NCBI RefSeq assembly: GCF_964194155.1
Contig: NC_135886.1
Location: 9,052,001-9,116,000, forward strand
Direction of reading: 5' to 3'
Source: Cetorhinus maximus
Taxonomy: Eukaryota
DNA length: 64,000 nucleotides
Positions 1 through 12,310 of the stretch are shown here, in pieces (position 1 is the first letter of the stretch; every line of letters starts with the position of its first letter). The position numbers and the translations under genes are program-made. Under the pieces are notes generated by a model. The model saw only the letters and a program-made list of their open reading frames with translations. It ran no database searches and had not been told where the DNA came from.

Positions 1-1234
1 TGGAGCAAGCAAAAACCCAAGAGAAAGATGCTTAAATTAATTGTGTGATTCTTTTTCCATTTACTCGAACACTCTTCATAAAGTTATGGGAGATGGGAAA
101 AGCCATTTGACTGGAAAGGGAAAGTCATGTAGTCAAACCTACTGGAATGTACCCGACCAAGATTGGCAACACTGATCTATTGGGATATCAGAATTCCAAG
201 ATAGCCTGGTCTAATGAACTAAAACACCCTGTACCTCATTCAGCCAAGGAATGCTAAATTCTATTAGACATGACTGTCTCAAGCCAGTCTCCAGTAGCCA
301 AATCCACTTCACATTTACAGTCGGCAACATGAGAACATAAGGGAACATAAGAACAGAAAGAATGGGAGCAGGAGTAGGCCATAAGATTCCTCGAGCCTGC
401 TCCACAAAAACGTAGAAAAGCTTCAATTTCTAACTAACGTCCCATCTATTAAGACCAGTCCAAAGTGTTAAAATTTACTCTCTGTCTTAAAAGGAAATGG
501 GCATGTTCAAATTAAAATACTATCAGGTGCTGAACCTGGCCTTAAGTAGCTGCTACACTGTCAACAAAGAACAGCCAAGTATCTCTCTTAATAAAGTAAG
601 TATTTATTTTCAACCAGCTTAATATGGACAGATCTATGAACTTCTTCATGTGTGGAGCTTCCCCCAAGATTATAGCAGGGGGCACAGTTTATTTTACATA
701 GAAAATAGGAGCGGGAGTAGGTCATTTGGCCCTTTGAACCTGCTCCACCATTCAATATGATCATAGCTGATCCTCTATCTCAACACCATACTCTCGCTCT
801 CTTCCCATACCCCTTGATGCCTTTAGAGTCTAGAAATCTATCTATTTCCTGTGGAGACTTGGCCACCTGTGGTAGAGAATTCCATAGGATCTTTAGAGGT
901 TTGTGTTGACATTTGGGGCCAAGATGTTAAGTGCAAAGTCTGTTTCTCGGTTACCCTGCTTGCTATCTCTGGTCATCAAGGGGTTACCTGGATTGTCAAG
1001 CCAGGTGTTTTCCCTTCCAATGTCCACTCCTTCTCCCATTGGTAGACCCATAGAAAAGTTATGGTGCAGAAAGAGGCCATTCAGCCCATCATGTCTGCGC
1101 CAGCTAAAAAGAGGAAACAGAAACTAGCCGCTTATTTTAACCCCATTTTTTTATTAGCAGCACTTCACCACTCAACGTGGCTCTGATTGAGGCTTGAAGC
1201 TACATTCATCCCAAACACCAAGCATAACCTCCAC

Positions 1235-2498
1235 TGTTATGACGTGGCAGGTGATGTGTGCCAGTCGGACCAAATCTACCACGGAAACTTGGTCGCACTA
1301 TCACAACAGTTTTACAATTTGTATTTTTTTTATTGGTTCATAGGATGTGGGCGTTGCTGGCTGGGCCAGCACTTATTGCCCATCGCTAATTGCCCTTGAA
1401 AACTGAGTGGTTTGCTAGGCCATTTCAGCGGGCATTTAAGAGTCAACCACATCGCTGTGGGTCTGGAGTCACATGTAGGCCAGACCAGGTAAGGACGGAA
1501 GATTTCCTTCCCTAAAGAGCATTAGTGGAACCAGCTGAGTTTTAACAACAATTGACATGATTAGGCTTTTAATTCCAGGTTTTTTATTGAATTCAAATGT
1601 CACTATCTGCCGTGAATTACCCTGGGTATCTGGAATACTAGTCTGGTGACAATACCATGACGCCACCACCTCCCCATTGTATTTATTATGAGAAGATGTG
1701 TGCACTACATTCAGAAGTAATAAGACCACCAAGACCTTTAGAGATTTTAAAAATTAAATTAAAATATTTATTACCAAAATAAAAGATTTCAAGCATATAC
1801 ATAAGACTACAATTACTTACTAATATAATAACTCCTAAAATTCCTAACTAACCTGACTCCCCATTACACCCCCTTTAAGGCAACGGTCCAAAATAGCTTT
1901 TAGATTTAAAACAGAACCAGCAAGTTAACACAATACCCCTTGATGGTGGAATTCCAGTTGGCTTTTCCCCAACTTCAGTTTTGTTATATTGCACACACAG
2001 CTAGAGGCTTTATCAAGGTTATTTCACACACTCCTGTTAGATCTTATATAGCCTTCTTCTCACATAGCCTTTCATTCTCCTTTATATATGTTCTCTCTTT
2101 TTAATATATAAATTCTATTGCTCCATATGTCTTTGAAACTGTATCTTCCTCATAATATAAAAACTTTCATGTTGCCAATATTGTCAGTAACCTTTGGGGA
2201 AAATAAACACACTCCTTAGCCTTGCTTCTCTGACTAGTTGTAAACAGACTAAGATCCCTTTGAAATCCAAATATCCTTTCATTTATCTAAAAATGCAAAT
2301 TTCCTTCATACCTTACATGCTAAGCCAAATCCATGTTCACTCGTTAGCATGTCAAGCACTTAGCTTCTTTTGATGATTCCAAGCTTGTACTCCAAATGTA
2401 ATTAGAACACTCAGACAGACCCAATTATACTTGCCCCTATAAACCTACTTCACAATAAACCCGAAAAATATTATGAAAATTATTATACTTTCATCACA
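1235..2498 (-). mobile_element. Solo LTR-like element interrupted by a HE1-like SINE
   Basis: TGTTATGA...TCATCACA termini. Internal similarity to copies at 10733, 50994 and 56174 (e.g. atctaaaaatgcaaat, ctaggtgt). Flanks tccac/tctac. Confidence 0.6.
1326..1675 (-). mobile_element. HE1-like tRNA-derived SINE
   Basis: Same sequence as 17085-17455 and 46625-47012. Its 3' tail (gggcaattag.gatgggcaataaa.gctggcccagc) is shared with the HER1-like LINE copies. Confidence 0.7.
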
Positions 2499-3182
2499 TC
2501 TACATAGATTATTCTCGTGCTTTGAGGAGCACTGAGGATGTAGCACTTCCTTAAGGTTCGTATATACCCATCAATTTTCACAGGAAATTATGGTGTAAAA
2601 GCAGGAGCATTTCTGACACAATTATGGCATAAATCAGATTGAGAAAATTCCAACCCCATCGCTTCATGGAAAGTGATCAGTCCCTGGAATGGTCTGCTGG
2701 ATATTGTAGCACTGGAGGTAGTTAGCAAGTCGCTAGATGCTGTAATGAGGGAGGGGATCTCTCCCACCAGCTCATCCTTCTATGGAAACCTTTGTTCTTC
2801 CTTCTTTTCCTTTGTGATCTTCTTACAATGCCAATACTTTAACCAAACTTAACTGGGTCTGCGTTAAATTGTCAAGAGCACCAGTTAGGGTTATCATTTG
2901 GAACCTTGCCCCAACTCTCCAACCTGGATCCACCCAAGTGGGCAAGATGAAAGTTTCCTGTTGACTTGCTGTAAAGTTCCAGTATGAGATGAGATTAAGA
3001 CAGTGTCAGTCCAACTCTTGTCAGAACGAACAGCAAAGATCACAGGATAGATGTAGATGGGGAAGGTCATCCAGCTTGTCCTATCTCACCTCTCCATAAA
3101 GAACATTATTCCTCAGCTATATAAGTGCTACCCACAGCAGAGATTATTGTACTCTTATTATCTTTTATTTCTTGGATTTTAG

Positions 3183-4544
3183 ACAGATGATGATAGCAAG
3201 GCAATCCAAAACATCAAACTGGAGCCATCCAGCGTCCAAGACCGAGACAGCAGATCAGGATATAGAGATGAAAACACACAGAACGAGGAGGTTACCAAGG
3301 TGGGAGGAAGCAATTGTGACCAAAGGGAGAGGCTGGGCTGCAGCAGGGGCTTGTTGATCAGTGATGAGCTCCTTTTCAGAGATTCCATTACCTCAGACGA
3401 ATGTAGCGACTCTGGCTTCTACAGCGTCAGTCTCAGAGATTATGAGAGGTTTCAGAAGGTTCTGGAAAGGAAGTGTCGACAGTACGCTAGCAGAAGCAAA
3501 TCTGAGCTGGGCCGAAAGGCACCAACAGAGGAGGAGACCAAGAGCGGATGGAAAAACAGTCCCACAAATGCATTTGATAGACCACAGGAGTGTGGAGAAG
3601 ATGATGGGTTTAAGAACTGCAAGACAGATCAATATACTAAGTTGACAGAAAGACCTCCGGTTTGGGGTCAGCCGAAAAGGCCTCAAACTTGCTCCATCAG
3701 CAACGATTGCTATCACAGGCAGACAGCATTATCTGAAGATAGATTAAAGAACTTCCAACAAGACAATACCATTAGCCCTCTCAAAAGTTTTTCAGGCAAA
3801 GCTCAGCATTCTTTATCTGATCCAGTGTCTGATGCACCCAATGGGGGAGATACCTGCACAGCTAATAACACCCGTGTGGGGGAAAACATTGAGGGGAAGA
3901 AAGAGAAGAAGAAAGCTGGACATGAATCATCAGTCAGACGATATAACCATGACTCACGCACTTCAAGTCCAGGATCCATCCACATACCCCAACATGCACG
4001 GCACTATCAGAGCTACATGAGACTGGTGCAGCATAAAACTGCAGTGGAGTGTAACGAGAGTCTCTCAGATACTGGCAAAGGCGGTAGAGAAATGCCTGGC
4101 TTAATGTCAAGGCTGGAAGAGCATGGAACCTGCTTCACCCCCACCAGGAAGCAGTTGCGAGACCGACTCCTCAGAGACCGCGCGGTGAAGATCAGCGAAG
4201 AACGGAACAGCATGACCACCGACGATGAAACCTTGAGTGAGGTGAAGATGGGAAGGTATTGGAACAAGGCAGAGAGGAGGCAGCACTGGACACTGGCAAA
4301 AGAGAAGAGACAGAGGAGAGAGGTGATGATGCAAAGCAGGCTGGAGGTGGTGAAGGAAAGCACGGAAGACAGCGGAAGAACACAATCCAATATTATTGAA
4401 CTCAGCCAGAGGAAAGTGAGCAGCAAAAGAAATAAAAAGGTTTTTGACAACTGGGTGACCATTCAGGAACTGTTGACACATGGTTCACGATCTGCTGATG
4501 GCAGAATGGTCTACAGTCCCCTCCTCTCTGTCACTACTGTATAG
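3183..4544 (+). CDS. Terminal coding exon of a PDZRN3/PDZRN4/PDZD4 (LNX3/4/5) family protein, divergent paralogue
   Basis: Acceptor ttggattttag|ACA at 3182/3183 opens a frame continuous with ORF 3300-4544. Family motifs present: ERFQKVLERKC, IPQHARHYQSYMRLVQHKTAVE, RDRLLRDRAVKISEER..MTTDD..SEVKMGRYW..ERRQH, FDNWVTIQELLTHG, and the C-terminal class I PDZ-binding motif LLSVTTV*. Confidence 0.9.
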   Translation, partial: TDDDSKAIQNIKLEPSSVQDRDSRSGYRDENTQNEEVTKVGGSNCDQRERLGCSRGLLISDELLFRDSITSDECSDSGFYSVSLRDYERFQKVLERKCRQYASRSKSELGRKAPTEEETKSGWKNSPTNAFDRPQECGEDDGFKNCKTDQYTKLTERPPVWGQPKRPQTCSISNDCYHRQTALSEDRLKNFQQDNTISPLKSFSGKAQHSLSDPVSDAPNGGDTCTANNTRVGENIEGKKEKKKAGHESSVRRYNHDSRTSSPGSIHIPQHARHYQSYMRLVQHKTAVECNESLSDTGKGGREMPGLMSRLEEHGTCFTPTRKQLRDRLLRDRAVKISEERNSMTTDDETLSEVKMGRYWNKAERRQHWTLAKEKRQRREVMMQSRLEVVKESTEDSGRTQSNIIELSQRKVSSKRNKKVFDNWVTIQELLTHGSRSADGRMVYSPLLSVTTV

Positions 4545-6187
4545 AAACACAACTATTATAGTTTGAAATCAGAATTGAAGGGATACTAAATGGACTTTCA
4601 TTATCAGTTCTCCCACTCCTGGCACTAAATTAGCCTCTAAATCCTCAATGAATCGTTGCAATTGATGTTTGCTCACAGTTACAGTTAAGCAACTAATGAG
4701 GTTAATCCTGTCTGTTAATTATTGGGAAAAATATTGACGTCAATGACTCACATCATGACTAATGCACAAATTGGTCAACATATTTAAGGAATTAAGCTGT
4801 GAGTTGGGAATTCCCAGAAATGCTGGTCAATTTGCTTCGCACAAAGGACATCTCACCCTTAGCATCTCTGTTATTTGTAAGATCTTGTTGGATTTGTATC
4901 CTAACTTGCCCACGATTAGCCAGGACCATATTGAATGATGGAGCAGGCTCGACATGCCATAAGCTCTACACCTGCTCCTACTTCTTGTATTCTTGCCCTT
5001 TAAACTGGCTGCAAAAAGTTAGGGTTGGTAATTGAAAGCGTAAGTACCCTTTTAGCGATGTGATCATTGTCAATGCAATGCCAATCGATCCCTCCAGCCC
5101 AGAAGTGTTCAACCTCGTTCCTGTGTGTAGTACTTTCTTCTTAGAATCTGAAAAAAGGTTAATTTTTTTTAAAATTAATTTTGTTCTTACTTTTCCTTCC
5201 GGTCTCTGTTACATTGTTATATTATTCATAAAGAACCATGAACCAATTGTTGTGTGAATATTTATCCTGGGACGCCACATTCTCTGTCGCACCACAGTCA
5301 TGTGCCAAGTGACAATGCATCAGTCTGTCAGTCTACCAGCCAAATGGGGAACAGGAATAAATACACCCAATAGAGCTCCAACATTTTGTCTCTAAAAGCG
5401 TGATTAATTCTAACTTATGGGAACTGGAAGACATGAGTCTCTTTTTCTCCCTCTCTCTCTCTCTTAACCTAATCTTCCTTTCTGCCTCTTTATTTCTCTT
5501 TCTGTACTTGATTTGACTCTAGTCACTAGCCAGTGACCCACATCCTATGAGTGAATTAAAAAAAAAAATCCTGTCTAATTATCTCTCAAGTGGCTTGGTG
5601 TCAGATTTCATTTCATAACGCTCCTGTGGAGCGCCTTGGGATGTTTTGCCACATTAAAGGTGCTATATAAAAACAAAAGTTGTTGTGGTGGTTGTCACTA
5701 TTTTGCCTGCCATTCATGTCACATTACTGCCTCTGTGGTTAACCTGGCTCAGAACTGTTCCTCTTTAAAGAGCTAGCTTTGCTTTCTTGTGTTCCACAAG
5801 AGCCTCATCAGTGCCGACAGGTGATGCCCCCTTGATATAACCTTTATCCTGGGGACTATATATAAACCGGTTCAAAGATGTAATTAGTCTCAAGGTTTTT
5901 TCACTTAATTAGTGTTTCTACCAGAAGCGGGGATCAGGGTGGAACCCTCCATGATATCGGGTGCAGCACAAAAATTTGACAGCGTTAATGTTATCCTCTT
6001 TGTCACAGTACTTGTAGAAAATAGTCACATCATCAGTTATAGAGAACAAAACTTTGCATTCCATTACTCACTAAAATTTCATTTACTGACAAAATATTTT
6101 ACTTTTCTACCATTGTCTGAATTGGTCATTAGCTGTGGGTGTGATTTCTGTATGAGATTAATATGAAAGGAATTTGGGAAAAATGTT

Positions 6188-6193
6188 AATAAA
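6188..6193 (+). terminator. Candidate polyadenylation signal of the PDZRN-like gene
   Basis: AATAAA about 1.6 kb after the stop codon, followed by a T-rich stretch. Another AATAAA lies near 5356. Confidence 0.4.
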
Positions 6194-7603
6194 ATACAGA
6201 AAACAAAACTATTTTTGCTGCTTTTTTTTTTAAGCTCGTGTCCCGTGAAAATGACACTGATGGTTCTGAAGTGAGATTGTAATCCTAGTCCCTTTCTGGG
6301 ACTATTCCAGATCAGGCGTACTCCTCAGATGATCAATCTTACTTGAGGCTGAGAAAGATAGGCCTCACGGACACCTGAGTGGGTCTGAAGAACTGATCTA
6401 ACTCTCCCGCAGGAAAGGAACCACCAGAGAACATTACAGCTCTCCAGATAGCCTTTTTAACAAGTTTTAGCTAGGTCATAACAACCCTCCCTTAGTCCTG
6501 TGTTGGAATCAATCGAGGAGTACATTTGGGCAAGCACAGAAGTGGGCCAGGGGTAGAGCAGAGAGTGTTTCATGCTTCATTAACCTGTGCCCATCCTAAC
6601 ACAGGTATGGCAGGAACCAATTGTGGCTGCTTATAATGGGGTAATGTTGTGCGTTCCCGACCTGGTGGCCCTAACTTAGAAAGAACTGCCATTCATCATA
6701 AAAAATAATTTGGAAGCAACAAAGTTTGAACTGTGAAGGAATGCAGCTATAAATAGAGTTATAAGAGAATCCAGCCATAAATAAGGGATCAAGATTAAAA
6801 ACTGTGATTATTCTAGGAAGTAGGGATTAAAAATAAAAAGCAAAGTGTATCTGCTGGACAAGGGTTCATAAACATGCATGGGCATAATTGTGTGCTCAAG
6901 GACACCAACGTCCTGTGGCTTAGAATATGGTATATCCTCTAACAAAGGGCAGTCCGGAAAAAAAAAAACAGGAACTGGCCTCTACATCACCTCAGCAAGG
7001 CATTGATAACTTGTAAGATTCTACAATCTAACAATGGATAACCTTCAGGATGACCCTAAGTAAGTTGTCAACTGAATCCTGGAAACTGAATGTAATGACC
7101 ACTATCTGAGCCTCTCAGTACCCTATTTGCTTGAAGGATATTGACTAATATGAGGGATGTTGACGAAAACAAAGGACATTGTCCAGCATGAGTGCTCAAC
7201 AAGCTTCTTGCTGACTCAGTTCTTTTACAGTATAAACCCAGATGTTATAAGGGTTCAGGAATCTCCCCTCAACAGCGTACCTCTCCACTGAAGAGTGTAC
7301 AGAGATGGGTTATCAAGTTTTGATGCAGAAGACTATATGAGACAATATATTTTCTAAATTATATAAAAGTTTATTAAAAAACTGAACATGCAATTCACCT
7401 TTGATGGCAAGTCAATCGCAACATTGATGGTTCTAGGAAAATGAAGTATAATCTTGTTTCTAATAGAGAATCCAAGTCTTATTATTCCAGAGAGATACTT
7501 AAGATATCCATTAATATTTAAAGTAGCATTTACCTTAAATCCCTGAGTGGACAGTTACAGAGTATAGCAAGATACCTCTTTCCCAATTAAGGGGAGAACT
7601 ATC

Positions 7604-7950
7604 AGGCGGAATTTTCCATGCCCATTGGCGGCGGGTGTTATGAGTGGCCTGAGCAGACAATATGCCGCGATTGGTTTCATGACAGCAGGAAGGCAGGTTG
7701 CGATTGTCCGCTAAGCCCGAGGACCAGCGACTTTTGGATGCCGTGGAGACCTGCCGTGTTGTCCTCTACCCCAGCTCTGGCCGCAGGATGGGCAGCAACA
7801 GCGCTAGCCCGGCTTGGGAAGTGGTGGCAGCGGTGGTCAGTGCCGACACCCTGCAAAAGAGGACAGCCACCCGGTGCCGCAAGAGGATGAATGATCTCCT
7901 CCGTTCCGCCAGGGTAAGTCACACATCTCATCACTCAACTCTCACACTCA
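7604..7950 (+). mobile_element. PIF/Harbinger fragment with Myb/SANT-like ORF
   Basis: GGCGGAATTTTCC TIR-like start. Peptide LLDAVE...AWEVVAAVVSA...RTATRCRKRMNDL resembles the Harbinger/NAIF1-type trihelix domain. Donor gtaagt at about 7914. Confidence 0.65.
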
Positions 7951-8419
7951 GCTCTGAAGAAGAGTCATTCGGCTAGGAACATTAACTCTGTTTCTCCCTC
8001 CACAAGATGATGCCAGAGTTTTTCCAGCAATTTCTGTTTTTATTTCATTTTTCCAGCATCTGCAGTATTTTGCTTTTATTTGATTATATTGTTGCTTGTG
8101 GGAGCTGGCTGTGCACAAATTGGTTGCCGCGATCCCCGCATTACAACAGTGACTATGCTTCAGAAAATATTTCATTGACTATTAAGTGCTTTGAGACACC
8201 CCAAAGCCATCAGACGCCCTATATAAATGCAACTTCTTTCATTTTTTTAAACTATAAAATCAGATTTTGTGAATTTACAACACGGAAACATTCAGCCTTC
8301 TGGCCATGCCAGTCTTCATGCTCCACACAAGCCTTCTTCCACTCTTCCTCATCTCACCCATCAGCGTATCCTTCTCTTTCTTTCTTCTTCATGCAGTTAT
8401 CTAGCTTCCCCTTAAATGC

Positions 8420-8790
8420 AACTCGGCCAGGGCAGAAGACTCCAAGGGGACAGCGGAAACACTTTAGGGATGTCCTCAAAGCATCCTTGAAGAGGTCAAC
8501 CATCCCCGCTAACTCATGGAGTCTCTGGCTTGTGACCAACCAAAATGGAGAAGGGCTCATTTGGGAAGGCGCCGAACACATTGAGGGACTTTGTTGGGAA
8601 GACACAGAGGCAAAGTCGAGGCATCAGAGAAAGCGCACAAACCTCCAAACAAGTCATCTACCTTCAAGCACCACCTGCCCCTCACGTGACAGAGTCTGTA
8701 GGTCATGCATTGGACTGATCAGACATCCCAAGACCCATTGAACCAGAGTGGAAGCAAGTCATCCTCGATCCCAAAAGAGTGCCTAAGAAT
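8420..8790 (+). mobile_element. RTE-clade LINE 3' fragment
   Basis: GQRKHFRDVLKASLK...TCPSRDRVCRSCIGLIRHPKTH, typical of an RTE ORF C-terminus with a decayed zinc finger. Confidence 0.7.
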
Positions 8791-9819
8791 AAATGCATCT
8801 ATGGTACTCATCTCAACCAGTCCTTGTGGTAGTGAGTTTCACATTCTAACCACTTTCTGGGTAGAGAAGATTTTCCTGAAATACATATCGGATTTATTGC
8901 TAACCGTTTTATATTTATAGCCCCTAGTGTTGCTTTCTGCTTCTCTATGTTTACACTATTGAACCCTTCATAATCTCAACGACTTCAATTAAGTGGTAAC
9001 ATGGTTCAACACTATTTTATGGATCCTTGCGGCATTTGCTACCTTTAAAAAGCTGGTGAATGCACTTCATAAGTTGTGCTTTGGGATTCCTCAAGACATG
9101 AAAGGCACATGATAAATCCAAGCTCCTTATTACCTTCCGCAGCAGTGTAAATTTTCTTATCTCCCTCACTGCAAGGTCCCTGTAAGCACAATTGCTAATT
9201 GACTGCCAACTTTAAGAGTATTATAATGCTTGTGGATATGTAGCCACTCAGAAATGTCACAAACACATTCACTCCACCAATCCATATCTCAAGAGTTTCA
9301 AGGACAGTGTACAACAACCCAATGAATCATTCTCCACATCAACCTTTCACTTAAATCTCACTATACACAGATTTGACAAGGTACAAAGGGAAACTATCAA
9401 GATGGACAAAGAATGCAGTTTAAAAAAAAAAACTTGCACTTACACAGCTGTTTAACCCATGGTTGAACTGTTTTAAAGATCCCTGTACAATAAGCCATTT
9501 TTGTAAATGCAGTGACCATTGTTGTCTGGACAAACGCACAAGCGATAACTAACACACAGAATGAGAAGAGTAATTAGTTAAACTTTTCTAGTGGCATTGA
9601 CAGAGGATGCAATATTGGGCAAGTGTCTGGAAAAATACAGCCGCCCCCCCCCACCTCCCCCCGCACCCTCCCCCCCCCCGCCCCGAAACTGTCAGGTAGT
9701 GGGCTGGGGTTGTTGGGTTGGGGGGGTGGGGGGGGTGCAAAATTGCCTCTGATCACTCCACACTGCACCAATGTTCACCTTACGAAAATATCGTTAAACT
9801 GACATCAGTAAAAATCTAA

Positions 9820-9829
9820 TTTATTTATT
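9820..9829 (-). terminator. TMEM81 polyadenylation signals (overlapping AATAAA)
   Basis: Minus strand reads AATAAATAAA a few nt after the TGA stop. Confidence 0.55.
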
Positions 9830-9835
9830 GAACAT

Positions 9836-10174
9836 TCACTTATTTGTCATACATAAAAATATGGCTCCAAAACCGAAAGCCAAACTTCCTCCTATTGCCA
9901 AACCGATGGCAATCACTCGAATGGCCATGTTTGCGCTTTTAAATAAGTCCTTTACTTTATCCCAGAAGGATTTCCCCTTCTTCTTTGCCACTGGGTTTCC
10001 TTGAAGGATTTCCATCTCCTCCTTTTGCTCAGATGACAGCACTTCGTAATAGTTCAGCTGCACCAGGTTTTCAGGGATGATTCGGACTCCAATTAGCACT
10101 CGCTTGACAACTTGCATCGTTTTTGAGTTCTGCACTTGGCACATATATGTCCCAGCATGCTTCTCTTTGGCGTT
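9836..10174 (-). CDS. TMEM81: TMEM81 coding exon 2 (Ig F strand, transmembrane helix, stop)
   Basis: C-rich tract then ataaag|AAC, a phase-0 acceptor. Encodes HAGTYMCQV (Ig G-x-Y-x-C), VKRVLIGVRIIPENLVQLNY and the TM segment VIAIGLAIGGSLAFGFGAIFL. Spliced product is 154+112=266 aa. Confidence 0.9.
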   Translation of the reverse strand, partial: NAKEKHAGTYMCQVQNSKTMQVVKRVLIGVRIIPENLVQLNYYEVLSSEQKEEMEILQGNPVAKKKGKSFWDKVKDLFKSANMAIRVIAIGLAIGGSLAFGFGAIFLCMTNK

Positions 10175-10732
10175 CTTTATGGGCGGAAGTGGGGGGGAGG
10201 GGGAGGGGGAGAGAGAACGGTGGGCCCATGTTGTCAATATTAGGCATTACACAAAACATTCCAAATACAGAGACAGCACTTAAAAACATGACTGCTTCGC
10301 ATCTAAGGAAACAAAATAAGGGCAATCTGCTGAATAAGACACACTCGCCATCTTGTACTAATTTCTGTGAAAATTAGAAAATTATGGCTTTTGCTCTGAG
10401 ATTTGCTTTGCCGGTTATGAAGACATATGCAAAGAGCATACCACATTCGCTGCTCCAGAGCACGGACCACAGATGTCGTGGGGGTTGGAGGAGGGGTAGG
10501 GTTCAGGTGGGGGGAAATTAAAAGGATCAGATTTTTGGTCTCTGACTTAGATTTGAAGGAACATCTATTCTGCCATTCAGAAAAATACTCTGTCCTGTCC
10601 AAAATCAGACAGTTAAATCACATACTGGTTTTAAATGGTAGTTAAGCATTGGTGACTTGAATCCCTCCATTGAGAGATGACCATGCAAACTTGCAGGACA
10701 TTAAAGTTATTGCAGCTCACCTGTGGCTCATT

Positions 10733-11535
10733 TATCATGAAGAGATTTTAATGTGCATATTATTGGAAATTATTTTTAAATTGGTCTTGTAGTGTGGTCT
10801 GTGTGTGGTTTAATTGGATTAAAGCCAGCTAGTCTAGGTGCTTTGATGTATATTAGAGATGGTAATTAGGTAAACATAACGGTAGAAGCTAAAGAGTACA
10901 TTTGCTTTTGTTGAATAAACCATTCAAAAGAATGGGTAAAAATCTTGCGCCTAGCTAGGGGACACCAAGCAATGTTTATATTACTAATTAAATTAGGGTG
11001 GAATGAAAGGATTATTGTTAGGAGAGTAAAATTTAAAAACCTAGTAATACAATGGAAAATTTATATTCAAAGGGAAAGCCAGGTATAAACCAAGAGGAGT
11101 TTGTGTATGAGAGTCAGAGGTATGTAAGATCAAACCAGCTTGTAAGCCCTACAACTGTCTGCAAAGGGACCAAATTGCAAGGGAGCTCATTTTGAATTTG
11201 TAAGGCCAAATGTGCTTTGCCTGGTGTCTGTTTAAAGTCTATGGGTTATTGTTGCCTTGGTGAAGATTTACCTGGGAGTGATTAATTTGGAGGTTTCTTT
11301 AAAAGTTATTACGGTAGTCATTTGTAGTCATGTATGTGTTTAATTTGTTGTTAAATTAATAAATGTTTAATTTAGTTTTATATTAAAAAAAAACCTCTTC
11401 AGGCTTGGTGGTTTTATTCCTGAATTCAGAGCTGCATGTCAAACATACCAATTGAAAATATAGGTTATGACAGTTATTCAAGTTTCCCTCTGGGATTCAA
11501 ACAACTCAGCCTTTACCAACTGCTGCGTCATAACA
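10733..11535 (+). mobile_element. Solo LTR-like element in the TMEM81 intron
   Basis: TATCATGA...TCATAACA termini, ctcat direct repeat on both flanks, internal TATAAA (about 11084) and AATAAA (about 11358). Confidence 0.6.
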
Positions 11536-11919
11536 CTCATGTTGTTGAGGTTTCTGTTTCTCCAACACAAGTTTCAACCAGGAGCAGAAGTCTTTTATAA
11601 TGGGTCGGAAACAAGTTTATCATAACCACTTTGACTGAACAATGGAAAGTTTGGGAGATTGTGAATAAATACAGCAGCCTCCTCCTTTTCCCTTCATCAT
11701 CTCCTTTGCCCCTTTCAGCTAATGCTGGGATCTGCTGACTAGGGGGTTGGGGGGTGAAATTGCCCTACACCAGCACAAAACAGGTTGTAGTAAGTCAGCA
11801 GCCAACTTTTCATGAAGGCTGATATTCTTACCGCTGAAGTTCACTGAACACTTAAAATCTTTTTGGGGATCTGTTTCTTTGTCTCGCTGTTGCTTTTACT
11901 TGGTTTAAACTTAAAAAGG

Positions 11920-12310
11920 ACAAAGCAGCCCGCTTGATCAGCACCCCATCCACCACCTTAAACATTCACTCCCTCCACCAGTGGCAGCAGTGTGCACCAT
12001 CTACAACATGCACTGCAGCAACTCACCAAGGCTCCTTTGACAGTACTTTCCAAACCCCGGGCCTCTACCATCTAGAAGGACAAGGACAGCAGGTGCATGG
12101 GAACATCACCACCTGCAAGTTCCCCTCCAGGCCACACGCTATCCTGACTTGGAAATATATCATTCTCCCTTCAGGTTCGCTGGGTCAAAATCCTGGAACT
12201 CCCTTCCTTACAGCACTGTGGGTGGACAGCAATGGTTAGAGAAGGTGGCTTACCAGCACCTTCTCAAGGGCAATTAGGATTGGGAAACAAATTCTGGCCT
12301 CGCCAACAAT
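11920..12310 (+). mobile_element. HER1-like (CR1-group) LINE 3' fragment
   Basis: Shares the caagttcccctcc...cttctcaagggcaattagg 3' block with the other copies. Confidence 0.7.

Noticed and set aside
3361-4481. Antisense and alternate-frame ORFs over the PDZRN-like exon
   Set aside because: Shadow ORFs of a genuine coding exon.
5765-5820. Minus-strand CTGATGA, hairpin and AGCTAGCTC resembling a hammerhead
   Set aside because: The GAAA box is not correctly placed after stem II and there is no stem I pairing.
8007-8741. 244-aa ORF
   Set aside because: Chance fusion of a palindromic element, a SINE, a CR1 tail and an RTE fragment.
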